This document shows, piece after piece, positions 25,226 to 26,886 of a stretch of DNA of 26,886 nt; positions within the stretch are counted from its first letter, which is position 1; each line of letters opens with the position of its first letter. The stretch lies in IMG/VR virus record IMGVR_UViG_3300037790_000024. One strand, given 5' to 3'. The translations under genes and the position numbers were made by a program. Origin of the DNA: a virus. Its lineage: Duplodnaviria; Heunggongvirae; Uroviricota; Caudoviricetes. Below the pieces are notes generated by a model, which was not told the DNA's origin, did no database searches, and saw nothing but the letters and a program-made list of their open reading frames with translations.

Positions 25226-25477
25226 TTACCCTACTAGTGATTCCCAAGCTTCTTCCAGTTCAGACCACTCACGTTTTTTCTTAGAAAACTGGTCTTTAAC
25301 ATAGACACGAGCCACTTTAGTAGCTTCAGCAATTTCTTCTTTAGGAATACCTTCTGGGTTATCTTCTGTGTATTTAAAGTCCAGCTTAAGTTCTTTAAGG
25401 TCTTCTTGCAGAGTTTCAATCTCTGTCAGAATGCTCACCGCACGTTCAAAAAATTCTTTTTGTGTTTTCTTTTCCAT
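25226..25477 (-). CDS. Small helical protein, possible GapR/T4 DsbA-like dsDNA-binding protein
   Basis: 83 aa with EIETLQEDLKELK.DFK...I....KV pattern and size. Tentative family call. Confidence 0.45.
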   Translation of the reverse strand: MEKKTQKEFFERAVSILTEIETLQEDLKELKLDFKYTEDNPEGIPKEEIAEATKVARVYVKDQFSKKKREWSELEEAWESLVG

Positions 25478-25674
25478 TATTGATCCTCCAAATCTCTTAA
25501 GTCTGATTCAAGTTCTGCTGCATAATTCTCAGCTTCACTCACTTGTTCTTCTAGATCCTCAATCTCACCCCTAGCATCTTCAAGTTGAGATTCAAGATCC
25601 TCACAATAAGATTCTAGGTTAGACAAAGCATCCGCTACTTTCTCTACTAAGTTGTCTAATTCAATACTTGACAT
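25477..25674 (-). CDS. Acidic coiled-coil protein
   Basis: 65 aa with L/I heptads. GAGGAGG RBS. Confidence 0.65.
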   Translation of the reverse strand: MSSIELDNLVEKVADALSNLESYCEDLESQLEDARGEIEDLEEQVSEAENYAAELESDLRDLEDQ

Positions 25675-25694
25675 TAAATTTCCTCCTCTAAGGA

Positions 25695-25711
25695 AGCCCC
25701 CGAAGGGGGCT
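25695..25711. other. GC-rich hairpin (weak terminator or mRNA stabiliser/processing site)
   Basis: Minus strand: AGCCCCC-TTC-GGGGGCT, a perfect 7-bp inverted repeat between the ssb-like stop and the next RBS. No U-tract on the sense strand. Confidence 0.6.
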
Positions 25712-25729
25712 AAGTGTTTGATTTACTTA

Positions 25730-26581
25730 CTAAAACGGGATATCATCGTCGTAATAGTCTTCCGCTTCCTGTTCTGGTTCAGGATCTTCTGGTGGAGGTG
25801 TTTCCTTCTTAGGAGCAGGTTTTTTCTTTGGAGCTGCTTTCTTTTTAGGGGCAGCTTTTTTCTTAGGCTCGTCCTTCTGTTCACCACGAATGTAGTCCAG
25901 AATAGCTGGCATTGTGTCTAGCGTTTGCTGGGCATACTCTGCGATAAGCTCTACAGAGCCAACAAACTTACATGCGTTAAGAACAGCATGGCCTACCGTA
26001 GCTCCCAGATCATAGTCAGAAACATCTGGGTTAGCTTCTTTATGAGATTTTTGAAGCTCTTGTGTAATGTCATGAATCTGACAGGCTACTTTTACAATCT
26101 CTTTTTGGTCTAGATCAAGATCGTGGTCTAACAGCTCCATAGCACAGTTGTAGGCATGGCCTGCTTGAATACCAGAGTTATCTCGTTTCTGATAACCACC
26201 TCCACGGTTACTCCCACTATTGTTAGCAGGAGCTTGTTGAGGGGCTTGCCCTGCTTCTAGTAACACTACCCTAGATGGAGTGGAATTGTAATTGGTGTAC
26301 TCACCGTTTTGCTGAATCTCAACTTCGATGGACACCTTAGCACCACGGGTTAGGTCTTGATAGGCATCGTCTGTGTCTTTCACTCGAATGGAGGATTCAT
26401 CCTGTCTTAATCCAAGACCAATACGATCTTCGTCTACAAGGATTTGAACCCCATACTCCAGCACATTACCATTTCTGGCTGTCACTGGGTTTTTCAATTT
26501 ATTAAAGAAAATTCCCTTAACTTCACCTTCTGCAAGAACAATCTCTTTACGAGTACGTGGGTCTTTTTCTGTAGTAATCAT
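25730..26581 (-). CDS. Single-stranded DNA-binding-like protein
   Basis: 283 aa with a beta-rich (OB-like) N-terminus, Q/N/G-rich linker, PKKKAA repeats and acidic tail ending DDDIPF. Lies in the replication/recombination cluster. Confidence 0.65.
   Translation of the reverse strand: MITTEKDPRTRKEIVLAEGEVKGIFFNKLKNPVTARNGNVLEYGVQILVDEDRIGLGLRQDESSIRVKDTDDAYQDLTRGAKVSIEVEIQQNGEYTNYNSTPSRVVLLEAGQAPQQAPANNSGSNRGGGYQKRDNSGIQAGHAYNCAMELLDHDLDLDQKEIVKVACQIHDITQELQKSHKEANPDVSDYDLGATVGHAVLNACKFVGSVELIAEYAQQTLDTMPAILDYIRGEQKDEPKKKAAPKKKAAPKKKPAPKKETPPPEDPEPEQEAEDYYDDDIPF
25808..25870 (-). repeat. Tandem PKKKAA-type repeats in the SSB-like protein
   Basis: EPKKKAAPKKKAAPKKKPAPKKE; 18-nt period with synonymous variation. 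Confidence 0.8.
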
Positions 26582-26584
26582 GTA

Positions 26585-26746
26585 TTACTTTTCTCCTCTT
26601 TTGGCTTTATCTCTAGCTGTTTTACCAGCTCGTGCTTTACCTGTCTTTTCAATCATCAGGTAATGTTTTGTCGGCAAACCTTCCATTGCTTTACGGTCTT
26701 TTGCTGACATATGCTGCTTAAGTGTACTTTGAGTGTCTTTACTCAT
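26585..26746 (-). CDS. Small basic protein (53 aa, not in ORF track)
   Basis: MSKDTQSTLKQHMSAKDRKAMEGLPTKHYLMIEKTGKARAGKTARDKAKRGEK*. AGGAGG RBS. 15 Lys/Arg residues. Confidence 0.75.
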   Translation of the reverse strand: MSKDTQSTLKQHMSAKDRKAMEGLPTKHYLMIEKTGKARAGKTARDKAKRGEK

Positions 26747-26770
26747 ATTTCCTCCTAGTGTGAAAAAATC

Positions 26771-26799
26771 TTGACAGGTGTGTTAAAATCTGCTAACCT
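26771..26799 (+). promoter_or_regulatory. Sigma70-type promoter, rightward (antisense to the minus-strand leader)
   Basis: TTGACA (26771-26776), 17 nt spacer, TG-C-TAACCT extended -10 (26794-26799). Confidence 0.65.
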
Positions 26800-26850
26800 G
26801 CAAATAAGCTTAAGTGTGTTTGAACTCTAACCTCCTTTAAAGAACCCTCG

Positions 26851-26879
26851 ATTATAACAAAGTAATTCTTCGTTGTCAA
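26851..26879 (-). promoter_or_regulatory. Perfect-consensus sigma70 promoter, leftward
   Basis: TTGACA (26879-26874), 17 nt spacer, TG-T-TATAAT (26856-26851). Confidence 0.92.
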
Positions 26880-26886
26880 CACACTT

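Noticed and set aside
1-26886. CRISPR array, tRNA or other structured RNA genes
   Set aside because: No regularly spaced direct repeats or cloverleaf motifs were seen, and intergenic gaps are mostly under 60 nt and explained by RBSs, promoters or terminators.

Overview
Segment of a lytic contractile-tailed (myovirus-type) dsDNA phage. Host is probably a Gram-negative, possibly marine gammaproteobacterium; this is inferred from the two-component spanins, sigma70-type promoters and marine-phage-like fibre motifs. Bases 1-9626 (+) are a late operon: end of a PAAR spike-tip gene, baseplate wedge genes, a tail fibre, a cassette of small fibre-tip-like paralogues with partner genes, membrane/holin-like genes, a stand-alone response-regulator receiver gene, two more fibre genes, overlapping i-/o-spanins and a small holin-like gene. 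No endolysin is seen. A bidirectional terminator (9628-9669) separates this from a minus-strand early/middle region (9679-26746). That region holds thyA, nrdAB, a MazG-like pyrophosphatase, a 5'-nucleotidase, a dNMP kinase, a Prs-like + NAMPT-like pair (probably the NARP1 NAD+ reconstitution anti-defence pathway), an HTH-exonuclease, HNH, a 5'-3' exonuclease and an SSB-like gene, with three near-consensus sigma70 promoters. The strongest leads are the orphan receiver domain translationally coupled into the tail/lysis operon, the apparently modular multi-gene fibre-tip cassette with a deletion scar, and the separately promoted NAD+ operon with two extra genes. Family assignments come from motif recognition, not database searches. 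No tRNA, CRISPR, intron or intein was seen.
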